Shown here: positions 37,646-47,428 of the stretch, in pieces
Numbering within the stretch: the stretch's first letter is position 1
How the letters are laid out: each line of letters opens with the position of its first letter
From: a virus
Taxonomy: Duplodnaviria; Heunggongvirae; Uroviricota; Caudoviricetes
IMG/VR virus record: IMGVR_UViG_3300012153_000089
Coordinates: 1 to 64,000 of that record
Reading direction: 5' to 3' (one strand)
DNA length: 64,000 nt
The notes under the pieces: generated by a model
What the model was told of the DNA's origin: nothing
What the model saw: the letters and a program-made list of their open reading frames with translations, nothing else
Database searches by the model: none
Made by a program: the position numbers and the translations under genes

Positions 37646-38581
37646 TTAAACTCTAATTTTGTATTTGTCTTCATGTACCATTTTCGTGAAAAATTCAATG
37701 CCATGGTCTATTGGGGCATCTTTCTCTCCCATTACACCTGTATTTTTACTAGCAAATAAACAGTATATATTGTCTCGCAATACAAACTTCCTAGCTTCGT
37801 CTTTGATCTCATCACTAGTTACGTTATTATCGAATGCCAATACAATCTCTACACCCAAACGTTCCAACTTTAGCACTTGAGTTTCACTTAGTTCATGCCC
37901 ACCAATGCTAACACTATTTTTAATTCCATAACTCCACGCTTTCTGGACACTTTTTTCAGCCTCAAATACATAGACACGTCCAGTAGACTTAATGTGCTCA
38001 TATGTCTTATCAAGTCCGTATAAGATTAGGCTTTTAGGAGTAGGCACAGGATACCAATACTTTGAGATTTTCAGCTTCTCATAGTCTAATGTCGTCCTTC
38101 CCTTTACTCCAACTAGAGAGCCAAGATCATCTCTTACAGGTATGGTTATGCAGTTGTCATTGAGTGAGTATCCCACTTCAAATAACCGTTGTGTTTCACA
38201 TGATATCCCCTCCTCTAAGAACTTCCAATTTGGCATTGATATGTACATGTTTAAAACTGATTCGTCTATTCTACGTAGTGGAACTTCATCTTTGTCCTCT
38301 GTTTTTGGTTCGATTGAGTCCAAGAAGGATAGTATGGGATCTACCTCTTCTTTCGTGTACTTGTAATCTGAGTAATAGCTGTACCCACACACATCGCAGA
38401 TATAGTACATTGCTTTTGAAAACGATATGTCTTTGTAATGCTGCACAAGAGTTATTATATCCGCTGGTTTTGGTAGGGTGTCTGTATAACAATTAACTAA
38501 AAGTGAATCAGTGAACACTTGTAAACTTGAAGGATTGTCCCCTCCCGGTCTTGTAGAGCGTATTTCACTATGGTCTGACAT
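37646..38581 (-). CDS. dnaG: DnaG-like DNA primase (TOPRIM domain)
   Basis: RNA-polymerase domain segment ITIPVRDDLGSLVGVKGRTT. TOPRIM domain VYVFEAEKSVQKAWSYGIKNSVSIGG...VEIVLAFDNN. Directly downstream of the helicase gene. Confidence 0.75.
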   Translation of the reverse strand: MSDHSEIRSTRPGGDNPSSLQVFTDSLLVNCYTDTLPKPADIITLVQHYKDISFSKAMYYICDVCGYSYYSDYKYTKEEVDPILSFLDSIEPKTEDKDEVPLRRIDESVLNMYISMPNWKFLEEGISCETQRLFEVGYSLNDNCITIPVRDDLGSLVGVKGRTTLDYEKLKISKYWYPVPTPKSLILYGLDKTYEHIKSTGRVYVFEAEKSVQKAWSYGIKNSVSIGGHELSETQVLKLERLGVEIVLAFDNNVTSDEIKDEARKFVLRDNIYCLFASKNTGVMGEKDAPIDHGIEFFTKMVHEDKYKIRV

Positions 38582-38689
38582 TCTATCATTGATATGACAC
38601 CCTAGAGAGATTAAAATATCAGCAACTTTATTGTCTCGTATTATGTTGTCCTTTAAAGTTTGAGCATCAATTTTATATCACCTCTCGGA

Positions 38690-40177
38690 TTAATCCTTAT
38701 TCAAAGCCTTACGTAAATTTGCAACCTCTTTTTCAGTCTTAAGCTTTTTGTTCTCTTTCTTGAGTTGCTTAAGTTCTTTCTCTCCTTGCGATGGAACCAA
38801 GTACCCTTTTTCAATCCACAAGTTCTTCCCTTTATCTACTTCAAAACAAAGGATATCCTTGTCTTTACCGCCACGGTTCTTATCAATTACTACCATATAA
38901 TAGTTGATATGCATTTCTAATTGTGTTGTGGACTCTCCGATAAACGGGTCATTCGGGTTATATATCACGAATTTATCATACTGATCTCGTGAAATTGGCT
39001 TTGCCATCATTAATGAGTCTGCGACGTGTTTGATGTGCTTGCCGTTTGCAATAGCTTGGCTGGTGAGCATATCATTGAACAAACTGTCATCTGTCAATTG
39101 AAAAGTCGACCAAACAGGAATATCCTCAGTACTTGCAACCTCTTTTAACATATCGGCAGTTCTCACGAAAGTCATCCAGTCGTGATCCGGTGCTTTCATC
39201 GTGTCATAAATAATCAACTGACAGTTTCTCAGTTTATGGCGTTTGATTTGTCTTTTCAGAGTGTTTTCGTCATACTTGTTCAACTCCAAAAAGTATATCT
39301 TACTGTTTGCTTTTATGTATTGTGCTGCTTCTTTAACAATCTCTTTTTCGTCTTTATTTAGGGTTCCTGTGACTATTTTTGTCTCATCGATTCCATCAAT
39401 CCCTTTTCTCTTCATCTGGATATCAAACCCAAACTCGGGATTATTGAGAACGCAACTGATTTGCATTCCTAACCATTCAGCTTCATCTTGTTCATTTACA
39501 AGAACCAACACAGGGATCTGTAATTTTATGCCCAAATAGCATGCTATTTTACTTGTTGTGCGACTCTTTCCGCATCCACTATGCATTCCAAAAAGATTGA
39601 ACTTCTTACCACGAAGTCCTCGCAAAAGTCCATTGATAATAGAAAATGGAATTGGGACTCCAACATCTGGTGTTAATTCCCACTCTTCAATCTTATCTGG
39701 CATATTGTGTCCCAAGATAATACTATCTTCAACACCACCGATCACTGTACCAATGGTATTAATCTGATATTCCATTCCCTTAATAATGTCTTCTGTGCTT
39801 ATCTTGTCAAAGTCTTTTCTACCCATTAACTTCTGAACTGGGAATCCTTTTCTTTCAAATTCTCGTAACAATGAGTACTTCTTCAGTTTTTCATAATAAG
39901 TAGGGAAGTCATCTAAATCAACCAACTTCATAATCCTATCTATATATTTGTAACCTTTGAGATACTCATACTTTGCTTTTCTGTCTGTATCTGAATTCAT
40001 GTAGATGTTTATTTTCACTTCATTAATTTCTGTTCCAGCATGTTGACTATATAAATCCACAAGGGAATCATACAAAAACTTATTTGATGCTTGGTTGAAA
40101 TCATAATTAGACTTAATGAGCTCACTATAATCTAGAAATAAATCGGGATTTAGGTACATGCTGCCCACAATAAGCAT
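38690..40177 (-). CDS. dnaB: DnaB-family replicative DNA helicase
   Basis: 495 aa. Walker A LFGMHSGCGKSRT and a DnaB-like N-terminal domain. Confidence 0.85.
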   Translation of the reverse strand: MLIVGSMYLNPDLFLDYSELIKSNYDFNQASNKFLYDSLVDLYSQHAGTEINEVKINIYMNSDTDRKAKYEYLKGYKYIDRIMKLVDLDDFPTYYEKLKKYSLLREFERKGFPVQKLMGRKDFDKISTEDIIKGMEYQINTIGTVIGGVEDSIILGHNMPDKIEEWELTPDVGVPIPFSIINGLLRGLRGKKFNLFGMHSGCGKSRTTSKIACYLGIKLQIPVLVLVNEQDEAEWLGMQISCVLNNPEFGFDIQMKRKGIDGIDETKIVTGTLNKDEKEIVKEAAQYIKANSKIYFLELNKYDENTLKRQIKRHKLRNCQLIIYDTMKAPDHDWMTFVRTADMLKEVASTEDIPVWSTFQLTDDSLFNDMLTSQAIANGKHIKHVADSLMMAKPISRDQYDKFVIYNPNDPFIGESTTQLEMHINYYMVVIDKNRGGKDKDILCFEVDKGKNLWIEKGYLVPSQGEKELKQLKKENKKLKTEKEVANLRKALNKD

Positions 40178-40234
40178 CTCAGTTCCTAAATCCTCAATTT
40201 TGGAAACTTCTTCTGAGATAATCCCACCACCTTA

Positions 40235-40855
40235 TTAGTCAAACAATGTTGTTAAATCTAATTTTTCTTCACTTTCTTTAATCCTTTTGTTTTGTGCGTT
40301 ACTGATGATTTTATTTACTTCTTTCATTGAATCCACATGATTCATCAATATTTCTGTTTCGGCTTTATGCTTAGAAGACTTACTCCCATCTCTAAGGCAA
40401 TTCTCAATGTTGTTTCTTACAATAGCAAAACAATATTTTAGTTCACTCATCAAATTCTTAAACTCTTTATTCCCTTTTGCCCATTCAATTTTCTCAGCGC
40501 AGTATTCGTATGTATTCTCAATTGTTTTATAGGTGATTCCCTCTTTATAACGTTTACTCACCCTACCAAACAATACTGAATCATTCCTGAGTTCTTGAAT
40601 GTATGGATAGAAAGTATTAGGGATGGTATTCACGCTATTCAGTTTATGTATTTTTACTATAGCCTCAGCTAAACAGTCCAATTCTTTTCTTTCTTTGGCT
40701 TTGAAATCTTTGTCTTTTAAATACTTATCATGACAATACTCTAAGTGATAATATCGCTTATCTTCTTCATATTTCATATCTTCCTTCTGCCCATACTGAG
40801 TACAGATAGGACACTTAACTGGTCTAGCCAGTTTACTCACCTCCTTAGAATACAA
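40235..40855 (-). CDS. hypothetical zinc-finger protein (206 aa), between the ligase and helicase genes
   Basis: CPICTQYG...YCHDKY. Possible replication accessory or loader, but no ATPase motif. Confidence 0.5.
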   Translation of the reverse strand: MYSKEVSKLARPVKCPICTQYGQKEDMKYEEDKRYYHLEYCHDKYLKDKDFKAKERKELDCLAEAIVKIHKLNSVNTIPNTFYPYIQELRNDSVLFGRVSKRYKEGITYKTIENTYEYCAEKIEWAKGNKEFKNLMSELKYCFAIVRNNIENCLRDGSKSSKHKAETEILMNHVDSMKEVNKIISNAQNKRIKESEEKLDLTTLFD

Positions 40856-41672
40856 AACTTTCGAACTCAGGCAATCTCAACAAATTGTTTTTGGTATATC
40901 CTCTATGCTTAACTACACACTTGATGACAGGATCAATATAGACTGTATCCTCAGTTTCGCTTTTCTTGAGTTGTTGGAATACTTTGTATCCAGCTTTGCG
41001 TTCGTTTGCTCCTACAGCTAAAGTCATAACACCGACTATTTGTTTTCCGTCTGACAGAAGCCAGCCAAATTCATTTGTCTTGTATCCAGCAATGTAGTAT
41101 TCGCCTATTTCATAGGCAATTACCTTTAACCACTTATCAGAACGTTTATCGATCTCATACTTTGAGCGAATATCTTTTAAAACTACCCCTTCAAGCTTTT
41201 GCTCCTTAGCGACGTTAAAGTATTCAATTCCATTTCCTTTTATAAAAATGGATTTTGCATAGTAATCATTGTCTGTGAAGGCATTAGACAGTATTTCTTT
41301 GCGTTCTATGAGAGGTTTGGAGGTCACACTTTTTCCTTCAAAATTAATAATATCGAATGCACAGAAAGTGACTTTGTGCTTACTCTTCTTTGACATGAAC
41401 CGCTCCATGACAGATTCAAAACTTGGTTTACCATCTGAGTCAGTTACGATTAGTTCTCCATCAAGCGTTGTCCCTTTTCTTATTGGTATATTATCAACCA
41501 ACTCAGGAAACTTAGAAGTGACATCGTTATTGTGTCTTGTATAGATTTTTACTTTATCTCTGTAGTCAATGATAAGACGTATACCATCGAGTTTAAGCTC
41601 TGTTATATGCAAATCACTATTAAAAGGCTTATTATTTGGTGCTTTGTATAGCAACATTGGAGAAGTAAACAT
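40845..41672 (-). CDS. lig: ATP-dependent DNA ligase
   Basis: ligase motif I KLDGIR (ELKLDGIRLII). Probable start at Met5 (ATG 41672) with a GGGTGA SD. Confidence 0.75.
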   Translation of the reverse strand: MFTSPMLLYKAPNNKPFNSDLHITELKLDGIRLIIDYRDKVKIYTRHNNDVTSKFPELVDNIPIRKGTTLDGELIVTDSDGKPSFESVMERFMSKKSKHKVTFCAFDIINFEGKSVTSKPLIERKEILSNAFTDNDYYAKSIFIKGNGIEYFNVAKEQKLEGVVLKDIRSKYEIDKRSDKWLKVIAYEIGEYYIAGYKTNEFGWLLSDGKQIVGVMTLAVGANERKAGYKVFQQLKKSETEDTVYIDPVIKCVVKHRGYTKNNLLRLPEFESFVF

Positions 41673-41895
41673 ATTATCACCCATTTAAGTATATCAAACA
41701 GGTGTTTGTATTTTCAGCGGTAATATATGTATCGTTTTAGATATAAATTTACTCACTTTTCTCACAAACTTCTGAATCTTCCTTTTCGCTATCTTTACTT
41801 TTATAGTGCTTCAATATGTCGTCTACTGTTTTAAATTCTAGCTCCACTTACAATCAATCCAATCTTTGCTTAATCTTCTTTTTTAATATCTATTC

Positions 41896-42114
41896 TTAAT
41901 TGTATGGATTTCCAACTACAGTTTTATATTCTCCTTTATCAATATCATAGCTAATCCATGTATCACTTTCCTCATCTGGACTATCGATTTGACCTAAAGT
42001 TGGACAATACCCTTGGTCACCATATACTTTAATGAATACACCAGTTTCTTTTGTAATTTGATTTAATCTATCCAGAAATAATCTCATATTATTATCCATA
42101 TTAACCTCCCTCAT
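41896..42114 (-). CDS. hypothetical protein (72 aa)
   Basis: packed ORF. Confidence 0.4.
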   Translation of the reverse strand: MREVNMDNNMRLFLDRLNQITKETGVFIKVYGDQGYCPTLGQIDSPDEESDTWISYDIDKGEYKTVVGNPYN

Positions 42115-42179
42115 ACTCTCTTATTCTCTCGATATCGACCATATTCTAATCCAATATCTTGATGAAACTGTACTTTTAC

Positions 42180-43016
42180 TTACTCTTCATTGTCAGATGA
42201 TGCTGCCCCTTCTCCATCAAAAACCTGATCAATTACTTCAGATATCCATTCAGTACTAATAACAAAGTCAGGCTTAACTGATTGAATTTTAATTTGCTCA
42301 ATAATATCTCTAAACAAAGTCAAATCTACTCCAGTCAATTGTTCTTCTAGGACATTTGCATCGTCTAGTTTCAGCTCACCACATTGTAAGATCATCTTTA
42401 AGTATTGTCCTGCGTTGATACTCCAACCTCGTTGTATGTATTTTCTCGATCTAATAACAGATGCTAATGGATATTTTGAGCCAACATATTTTAATTCTTT
42501 GGTTACTATTGACTCAAGTGCTTTTTGTGGTAAGACCAATTCGTTCTTATGTGGGATGAAGTAACATGTACAATGAACGTAGTCATAATTCTTATGTATC
42601 TCTTCAGGGTTTCCATAAAATCTATTTACCAATTGAACATCGTCCGAAAGAGTGATTGCATTAGACGATACGAAGACTGGTAGATATCCTTCTTTGTATT
42701 TTGCTCCTGCTACTCCTGCACTTGGCACAATAACTCTAATTCTATTTTCTTTCTCTTCAACCTTAACATCGTAGTGGTTGTTGGTTCTCTTATTGAATTT
42801 TTTAGCGTAATACTCTGTTACCTTCTTACATGATTCTTTATCCATGAAATAGTAATCATAGTCATTTGGTTCTTCGTCAAGCAGTAGCGATACAATAGCT
42901 CCTCCGGTAATAAAAGACTTTTCGTTGACAATCTTTACGATTGACTCATCATCGATAGAACCAATAAAGTCTCTGTGGGCATCTTGCAGCTTACGTTTAA
43001 TTGTTTTTAAATTCAT
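42180..43016 (-). CDS. predicted nucleotidyltransferase-fold protein (278 aa)
   Basis: ITGGAIVSLLLDEEPNDYDYYF fits the pol-beta NTase signature hG[GS]x(9-13)DhD. Weak call. Confidence 0.35.
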   Translation of the reverse strand: MNLKTIKRKLQDAHRDFIGSIDDESIVKIVNEKSFITGGAIVSLLLDEEPNDYDYYFMDKESCKKVTEYYAKKFNKRTNNHYDVKVEEKENRIRVIVPSAGVAGAKYKEGYLPVFVSSNAITLSDDVQLVNRFYGNPEEIHKNYDYVHCTCYFIPHKNELVLPQKALESIVTKELKYVGSKYPLASVIRSRKYIQRGWSINAGQYLKMILQCGELKLDDANVLEEQLTGVDLTLFRDIIEQIKIQSVKPDFVISTEWISEVIDQVFDGEGAASSDNEE

Positions 43017-43050
43017 ATATGTATTTAATTCCTCCTAAATGGATCTTATT

Positions 43051-43359
43051 TTAGATATTTTTACACATCTTATTGCCTCTTAATCTTATAGCATTTTCAC
43101 TCAATTTCGGAGCAATGGGAGTGATCTTTCCTCCACTGTCATATCTCCAACCATCTCTACCTGTACCTTCACAGTCAGGACATTTATTTCTTGGATATCC
43201 CCATGTATATTCTTCATAACTATACTCATATTCGTATCCAGAGCCATCGCAGTGGGGACACTTTGGAAGACTGTCTAATATGTATTCTTCACTTTCAAGA
43301 TACTCTCTTCCCATTTTATCGAAGTAATTCTTTACTGCTTTTTTAGTTTTACGCGACAA
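43051..43359 (-). CDS. DnaJ-type zinc-finger (CxxCxGxG x2) small protein
   Basis: CPHCDGSG and CPDCEGTG. TTG start as called. The upstream in-frame region with a strong SD suggests a longer product (see findings). Confidence 0.5.
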   Translation of the reverse strand: MSRKTKKAVKNYFDKMGREYLESEEYILDSLPKCPHCDGSGYEYEYSYEEYTWGYPRNKCPDCEGTGRDGWRYDSGGKITPIAPKLSENAIRLRGNKMCKNI

Positions 43360-43449
43360 CCATTCAATGTCGAATGTGTTGCGTTCATGATACTTCCAGT
43401 GCTTATCTATGTATCTTGTATAGTTAATGACTTTCCCTCCTTTATATTC

Positions 43450-43494
43450 ATCTTATCATGCAATAAAATTAAATTCAAGTGTTATTTTATTATT
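43450..43494 (-). promoter_or_regulatory. conserved element plus sigma-A-like promoter (TTGAAT-17-TAAGAT), copy 5
   Basis: plus-strand AAGTGTTATTTTATTATT at 43477-43494, overlapping the stop of the HTH gene. Confidence 0.5.
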
Positions 43495-43774
43495 AATAAT
43501 GATTTATTTCAATCTTTATATCTAACGCCAACGCCAACTTAATCAACACTTCAATACTTGGAATATCATCATCCTTGGCTAAATAAATGATAGATTTCTC
43601 GCTAACCTGTGCTTTCAAAGCGAGATCAGCACTACTAATTTCCTCATCTTGTTGCTTTCTAAGAATAGCTACGGTAAGTTTAGCTGACAATGAGATCATC
43701 TTTTTTCTAACTTCTGAAGCATAATCGAGTGACTCTTTAATTTCAGTCCATCTTTTATGGTTTATGTCTATCAT
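43493..43774 (-). CDS. XRE-family HTH transcriptional regulator
   Basis: 93 aa. HTH segment ISSADLALKAQVSEKSIIYLAKDD. Confidence 0.65.
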   Translation of the reverse strand: MIDINHKRWTEIKESLDYASEVRKKMISLSAKLTVAILRKQQDEEISSADLALKAQVSEKSIIYLAKDDDIPSIEVLIKLALALDIKIEINHY

Positions 43775-43799
43775 TTCTCATCCTCATTTCAATATGAAA

Positions 43800-44054
43800 T
43801 CAACCTTTTACGAACACCTTTGGTGAGATACTTGCAGCATCACAATAAGTTTTAACTGTCTCAAAATCCTCAATCTCGAAATGGTTTCCAAATTGAATAT
43901 CTGCCCACTTAAACAGCAATGTTGGTTCGGTAAACCGTTCTTCCCATTCTGAGTCATCTATGACACTTCTGAATACATGATTGCCCTTCTTAGATTTTCT
44001 ATGTAAAAAATACCTTCCTGTTTTCTTCTCGATAACCAAGTTCACTCTTTGCAA
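43800..44054 (-). CDS. hypothetical protein (84 aa)
   Basis: packed ORF upstream of the HTH gene. Confidence 0.45.
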   Translation of the reverse strand: MQRVNLVIEKKTGRYFLHRKSKKGNHVFRSVIDDSEWEERFTEPTLLFKWADIQFGNHFEIEDFETVKTYCDAASISPKVFVKG

Positions 44055-44096
44055 ATATTTTCACCTCCTTACTTGTGCTACTTTTTGGATTGCAAT

Positions 44097-44303
44097 TTAA
44101 GTTCTTCTCATGGACTGTATTTGATGTTGAATTTTTAAAGCAATCTTTTCGATTTCTGCTGCCTGCTCTTCCATGAGTTTCAATCTATTTGATACACGAT
44201 TACCTGATCGATTTCTATGTATGGCATAATGATCCAATTTCTCTTTGTGATCGTGTAAATCATCCATTAGCGCATAAAGTTCTTTGGTTTTTTTATTGGG
44301 CAT
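44097..44303 (-). CDS. hypothetical coiled-coil protein (68 aa)
   Basis: conserved leader element upstream. Confidence 0.45.
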   Translation of the reverse strand: MPNKKTKELYALMDDLHDHKEKLDHYAIHRNRSGNRVSNRLKLMEEQAAEIEKIALKIQHQIQSMRRT

Positions 44304-44535
44304 CGTGATTCATCTCATTCCTGTGAAAGTAAACTTTTATCATACTTCAGGTTCGATTACATTATTGGACGGGAATGCAGTCTTACATTTACTGCAAGTA
44401 ACCATCTCAATTACATCTGCTATATCTCCATTTGGATATTGTAATACTTCATACCCAGCATACTCCACTTCAGTTGACCTACATTCTGGACATTCTAACA
44501 ACAAAATAATGCCTCCTTAAATCATTCAAAAATAT

Positions 44536-44823
44536 TCATCTTTTCTCATAACGAATTAACTTTTCAATTATATCAGAAAGCATCATTTTAAACTCTATAG
44601 AGCTGTTTCTTATCGTTAAGAATTGTTCGTCTAATCTCTTATTATATATAAGTACATTAATTTCCTTGAGTAATAAAGTATCTTTCCTCTTATCTTTGAA
44701 TATTGGATCTGCTTTCAGAAGGCTAGGGACTCTGCTTATCTGTTCTAGTGAAAGTACATCAAATAAATCCATTAATTCAATACTTCCATCTTTTTGTAAT
44801 TTCACAGACAAAGTTGCATTCAA
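44536..44823 (-). CDS. hypothetical protein (95 aa)
   Basis: packed ORF. Confidence 0.45.
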   Translation of the reverse strand: MNATLSVKLQKDGSIELMDLFDVLSLEQISRVPSLLKADPIFKDKRKDTLLLKEINVLIYNKRLDEQFLTIRNSSIEFKMMLSDIIEKLIRYEKR

Positions 44824-44859
44824 GTCTACACCCCATTTCTATGTAAAAGGAAAATTTGA

Positions 44860-45372
44860 TTAAGAATTCATTAGCCACTCGAATTGGGGACTTAAATATT
44901 CTCTATAATTAAACCTATCAAAAAACATCAATTGCTCATGAGGAAGAAGTTCATTGCTAACCATATGCTTTATTAGATATGTCTTATATCGAGCTTTAAA
45001 TTCATCAAATTCTAATCCTGACCAAATTGCGGCAATCTTCAAGAACCTGTTGATACTCTTTTTATCATCATATGGGAAGTTAACATATACCACGCGAGTT
45101 CTGTCTTTTCGAATATAATAACAATCAAGATATGGATCAAACTGCTTAAATAGTTTACTGCTTTGAGTCTGTTTTCTCATAAAATTATATGTACCTAGAT
45201 TGTAAAGGTTGGGCAATTCGAAATCGAACACCTCTGAGCCAATTCTCTGTAATGCTCTTGAGATTGGCATTAGGTTTGTTCCATAGTCATTCGCTTTAAG
45301 TGCCAGTTCTTCTCCAAATGCACAGTTAGATAATAAAAACAGCGCATAGGAACATTCTTGTATATTTTTCAT
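44860..45372 (-). CDS. hypothetical protein (170 aa)
   Basis: packed ORF. Confidence 0.5.
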   Translation of the reverse strand: MKNIQECSYALFLLSNCAFGEELALKANDYGTNLMPISRALQRIGSEVFDFELPNLYNLGTYNFMRKQTQSSKLFKQFDPYLDCYYIRKDRTRVVYVNFPYDDKKSINRFLKIAAIWSGLEFDEFKARYKTYLIKHMVSNELLPHEQLMFFDRFNYREYLSPQFEWLMNS

Positions 45373-45635
45373 TGGTTATCCTCTTTATAATTCTTGGGTT
45401 TAACATTCGCAAAATATAAAATCAAAATTAAATAAAATCCTAAATATGAGTAAGCAAGTCCAGCCCCTTCATTCCATGGACTCCATTCATAGATAACAAA
45501 GAGTGGACATAAAAATAGCGAAAACATTAGTCCAACCACAATAGCTCTAATAATATTGCTATCTTTGTTTAAACGTAGCATTCTATCTAGCGCTATTGCT
45601 GATACTATAAATAACAATATTAAGAACCAAGTCAT
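45369..45635 (-). CDS. membrane protein (88 aa, 3 TM)
   Basis: hydrophobic segments. GTGAGGTGA SD. Confidence 0.5.
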   Translation of the reverse strand: MTWFLILLFIVSAIALDRMLRLNKDSNIIRAIVVGLMFSLFLCPLFVIYEWSPWNEGAGLAYSYLGFYLILILYFANVKPKNYKEDNQ

Positions 45636-45675
45636 ACTTATTCACCTCACTTTTGATAGAATATTTGTTTTATCT

Positions 45676-46032
45676 TTAATCAAAAAGCAAACGAGCAATT
45701 TCAACCAACTTCTTCTTTTTGACTACAGTCATTTCCTTGTCTCTATACAATAGATCACATCTTAAAAATTCTTCGCTGGTTAGTTCAATTACCTTCGGTT
45801 CAGGAATCTTCACACTTTCAGCAGAAATGGCTACACCAGTAATGACCCAATCAATAGTTACATTATAAAGGCTACACAGCTTAGCCAAAGATTGATAGTC
45901 TGGTTCACTAGTCCCAACTTCATATCCACTAAGGGTTTTGTTATTGATTCCGATTTTTTCATAAACCTCAATCTGTGTAAGATTTATATGCTTTCTTGCT
46001 TTCTTTAGTCTCTCACCGATGGCATGATCCAT
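45676..46032 (-). CDS. XRE-family HTH transcriptional regulator (Cro/CI-like)
   Basis: 118 aa. HTH ERLKKARKHINLTQIEVYEKIGINNKTLSGYE. Confidence 0.7.
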   Translation of the reverse strand: MDHAIGERLKKARKHINLTQIEVYEKIGINNKTLSGYEVGTSEPDYQSLAKLCSLYNVTIDWVITGVAISAESVKIPEPKVIELTSEEFLRCDLLYRDKEMTVVKKKKLVEIARLLFD

Positions 46033-46048
46033 AATAGCCCCCAGTTAT

Positions 46049-46768
46049 TTAATTTATTTTAATCATATCAGTGTACAGCAACCTCTGATTATTTGGTAAC
46101 ACAAAGTCATGATGAAAATGTCCAAAGTACCACTGCTTAAATTCAGCCTTCTGCTCTATACCATAAAAATAAGGATGCATTTCATCACGATCCATTCTGA
46201 TGTTACAACGCTGCTCAATATACTCTAGTGATGTAGTGGAGCACGTATGTGTTAATATGTAGTCTACTTTCCAGTCATGTTTCTCTAAATTCTTCAAACC
46301 TTCCACATATTCCTCTTGAGATGGCATCTCACGACTCCACCATGACTTTCCTTCCTTGCGATACTCTTTGTCGTGTGAAGCAGCTCCACCAAACGTAAAG
46401 AACTTTTTACCCTCAATCTCAAACACTTGACCACGCATCAAGTGAATAACGCTGTCGTTAATTCTATGTACCTTGCCGCCATTCCTAATCTCCACCGGAT
46501 ACTCTTCAAGTAAATCAAAGTTCTCATGGTTACCATCAATAAACAACGTTGTGAAGGGCTTAGTCTTGTCTAACCACTTGAGCCAGTACTGATCCTCTTT
46601 GCTTCCATCCCATATCAGCCCGAAGTCGCCAGCAATTATAACATAATCATTCTTAGTTAGTTGCTTTTGTTGTGGAAAGTTCTTTGTGTTGAATCGCTTA
46701 TTTACGCTAATTGTTCCGTGGATGTCTCCAGTGATATAGATACTTATACTTCTCATTCCTTTCTGCAC
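46049..46768 (-). CDS. calcineurin-like metallophosphoesterase
   Basis: motifs GDIHG, IIAGDFG, DGNHE, GHFH. Confidence 0.75.
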   Translation of the reverse strand: MQKGMRSISIYITGDIHGTISVNKRFNTKNFPQQKQLTKNDYVIIAGDFGLIWDGSKEDQYWLKWLDKTKPFTTLFIDGNHENFDLLEEYPVEIRNGGKVHRINDSVIHLMRGQVFEIEGKKFFTFGGAASHDKEYRKEGKSWWSREMPSQEEYVEGLKNLEKHDWKVDYILTHTCSTTSLEYIEQRCNIRMDRDEMHPYFYGIEQKAEFKQWYFGHFHHDFVLPNNQRLLYTDMIKIN

Positions 46769-46771
46769 TAA

Positions 46772-46954
46772 TTAAATATGACTGTAAATCTCCGTTTTAT
46801 TCCTACATTTATTACACACTAGATGTATTCCACCCCAGCCACCGCTCGTATCTGAATATCCAATATCGTTGTCTATAATTACTTCCTTGCTTTCACACTT
46901 ATTGCAAATAATCATAAAGTTTGGGTACATTTGTTCTTCAAGATCTTGCTCCAT
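46772..46954 (-). CDS. zinc-ribbon small protein (60 aa)
   Basis: CNKCES...CNKCRN. Confidence 0.45.
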   Translation of the reverse strand: MEQDLEEQMYPNFMIICNKCESKEVIIDNDIGYSDTSGGWGGIHLVCNKCRNKTEIYSHI

Positions 46955-46986
46955 TTAACATTCTCCTTTCCTGTGAAAGTCATATT

Positions 46987-47202
46987 TTATGGGGTTTTGC
47001 TGTTCTTTAATTTCAAAAAACAATCATCACAAAAATTAACTTTAGCCTGTGTTCCAGCTAAAACTATTACATCGTCATAGGGAAACTGGAGCCTTTTTTG
47101 ATCCTCAATCAGTATCCCCCTTTTGCAAAAATTACAACTTCCCTCTTCTTTTACCGATGATCTAAATAAATCCATACTACACTCCCTTTTAATCAAACTC
47201 AC
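46987..47202 (-). CDS. Cys-rich small protein (71 aa)
   Basis: CNFCKRG...CDDCF. Confidence 0.45.
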   Translation of the reverse strand: MSLIKRECSMDLFRSSVKEEGSCNFCKRGILIEDQKRLQFPYDDVIVLAGTQAKVNFCDDCFLKLKNSKTP

Positions 47203-47213
47203 ATTTCATCTAT

Positions 47214-47378
47214 ACTACCTCTTCATCTCACGTAAAAGTAAATCGCTCATTTTATGTGTTTCTGATACTAACACAGATATTGCCTCCTCTAAATGTAAAT
47301 CATGCTTATTTATCAGTTCTAATAAATAAAAAGATAGTTCTAGTTTAGCTTGATTTAGAATCTGCTCTCTTTCAGTCA
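47214..47378 (-). CDS. small hypothetical protein (54 aa, below cutoff)
   Basis: AAAGGGTGA SD at 8 nt. Coordinates approximate. Confidence 0.35.
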
Positions 47379-47428
47379 TTTTACTGTCACCCTTTCTTCT
47401 TGTTTTAGCTCTCCATAAAAGATTCGTT

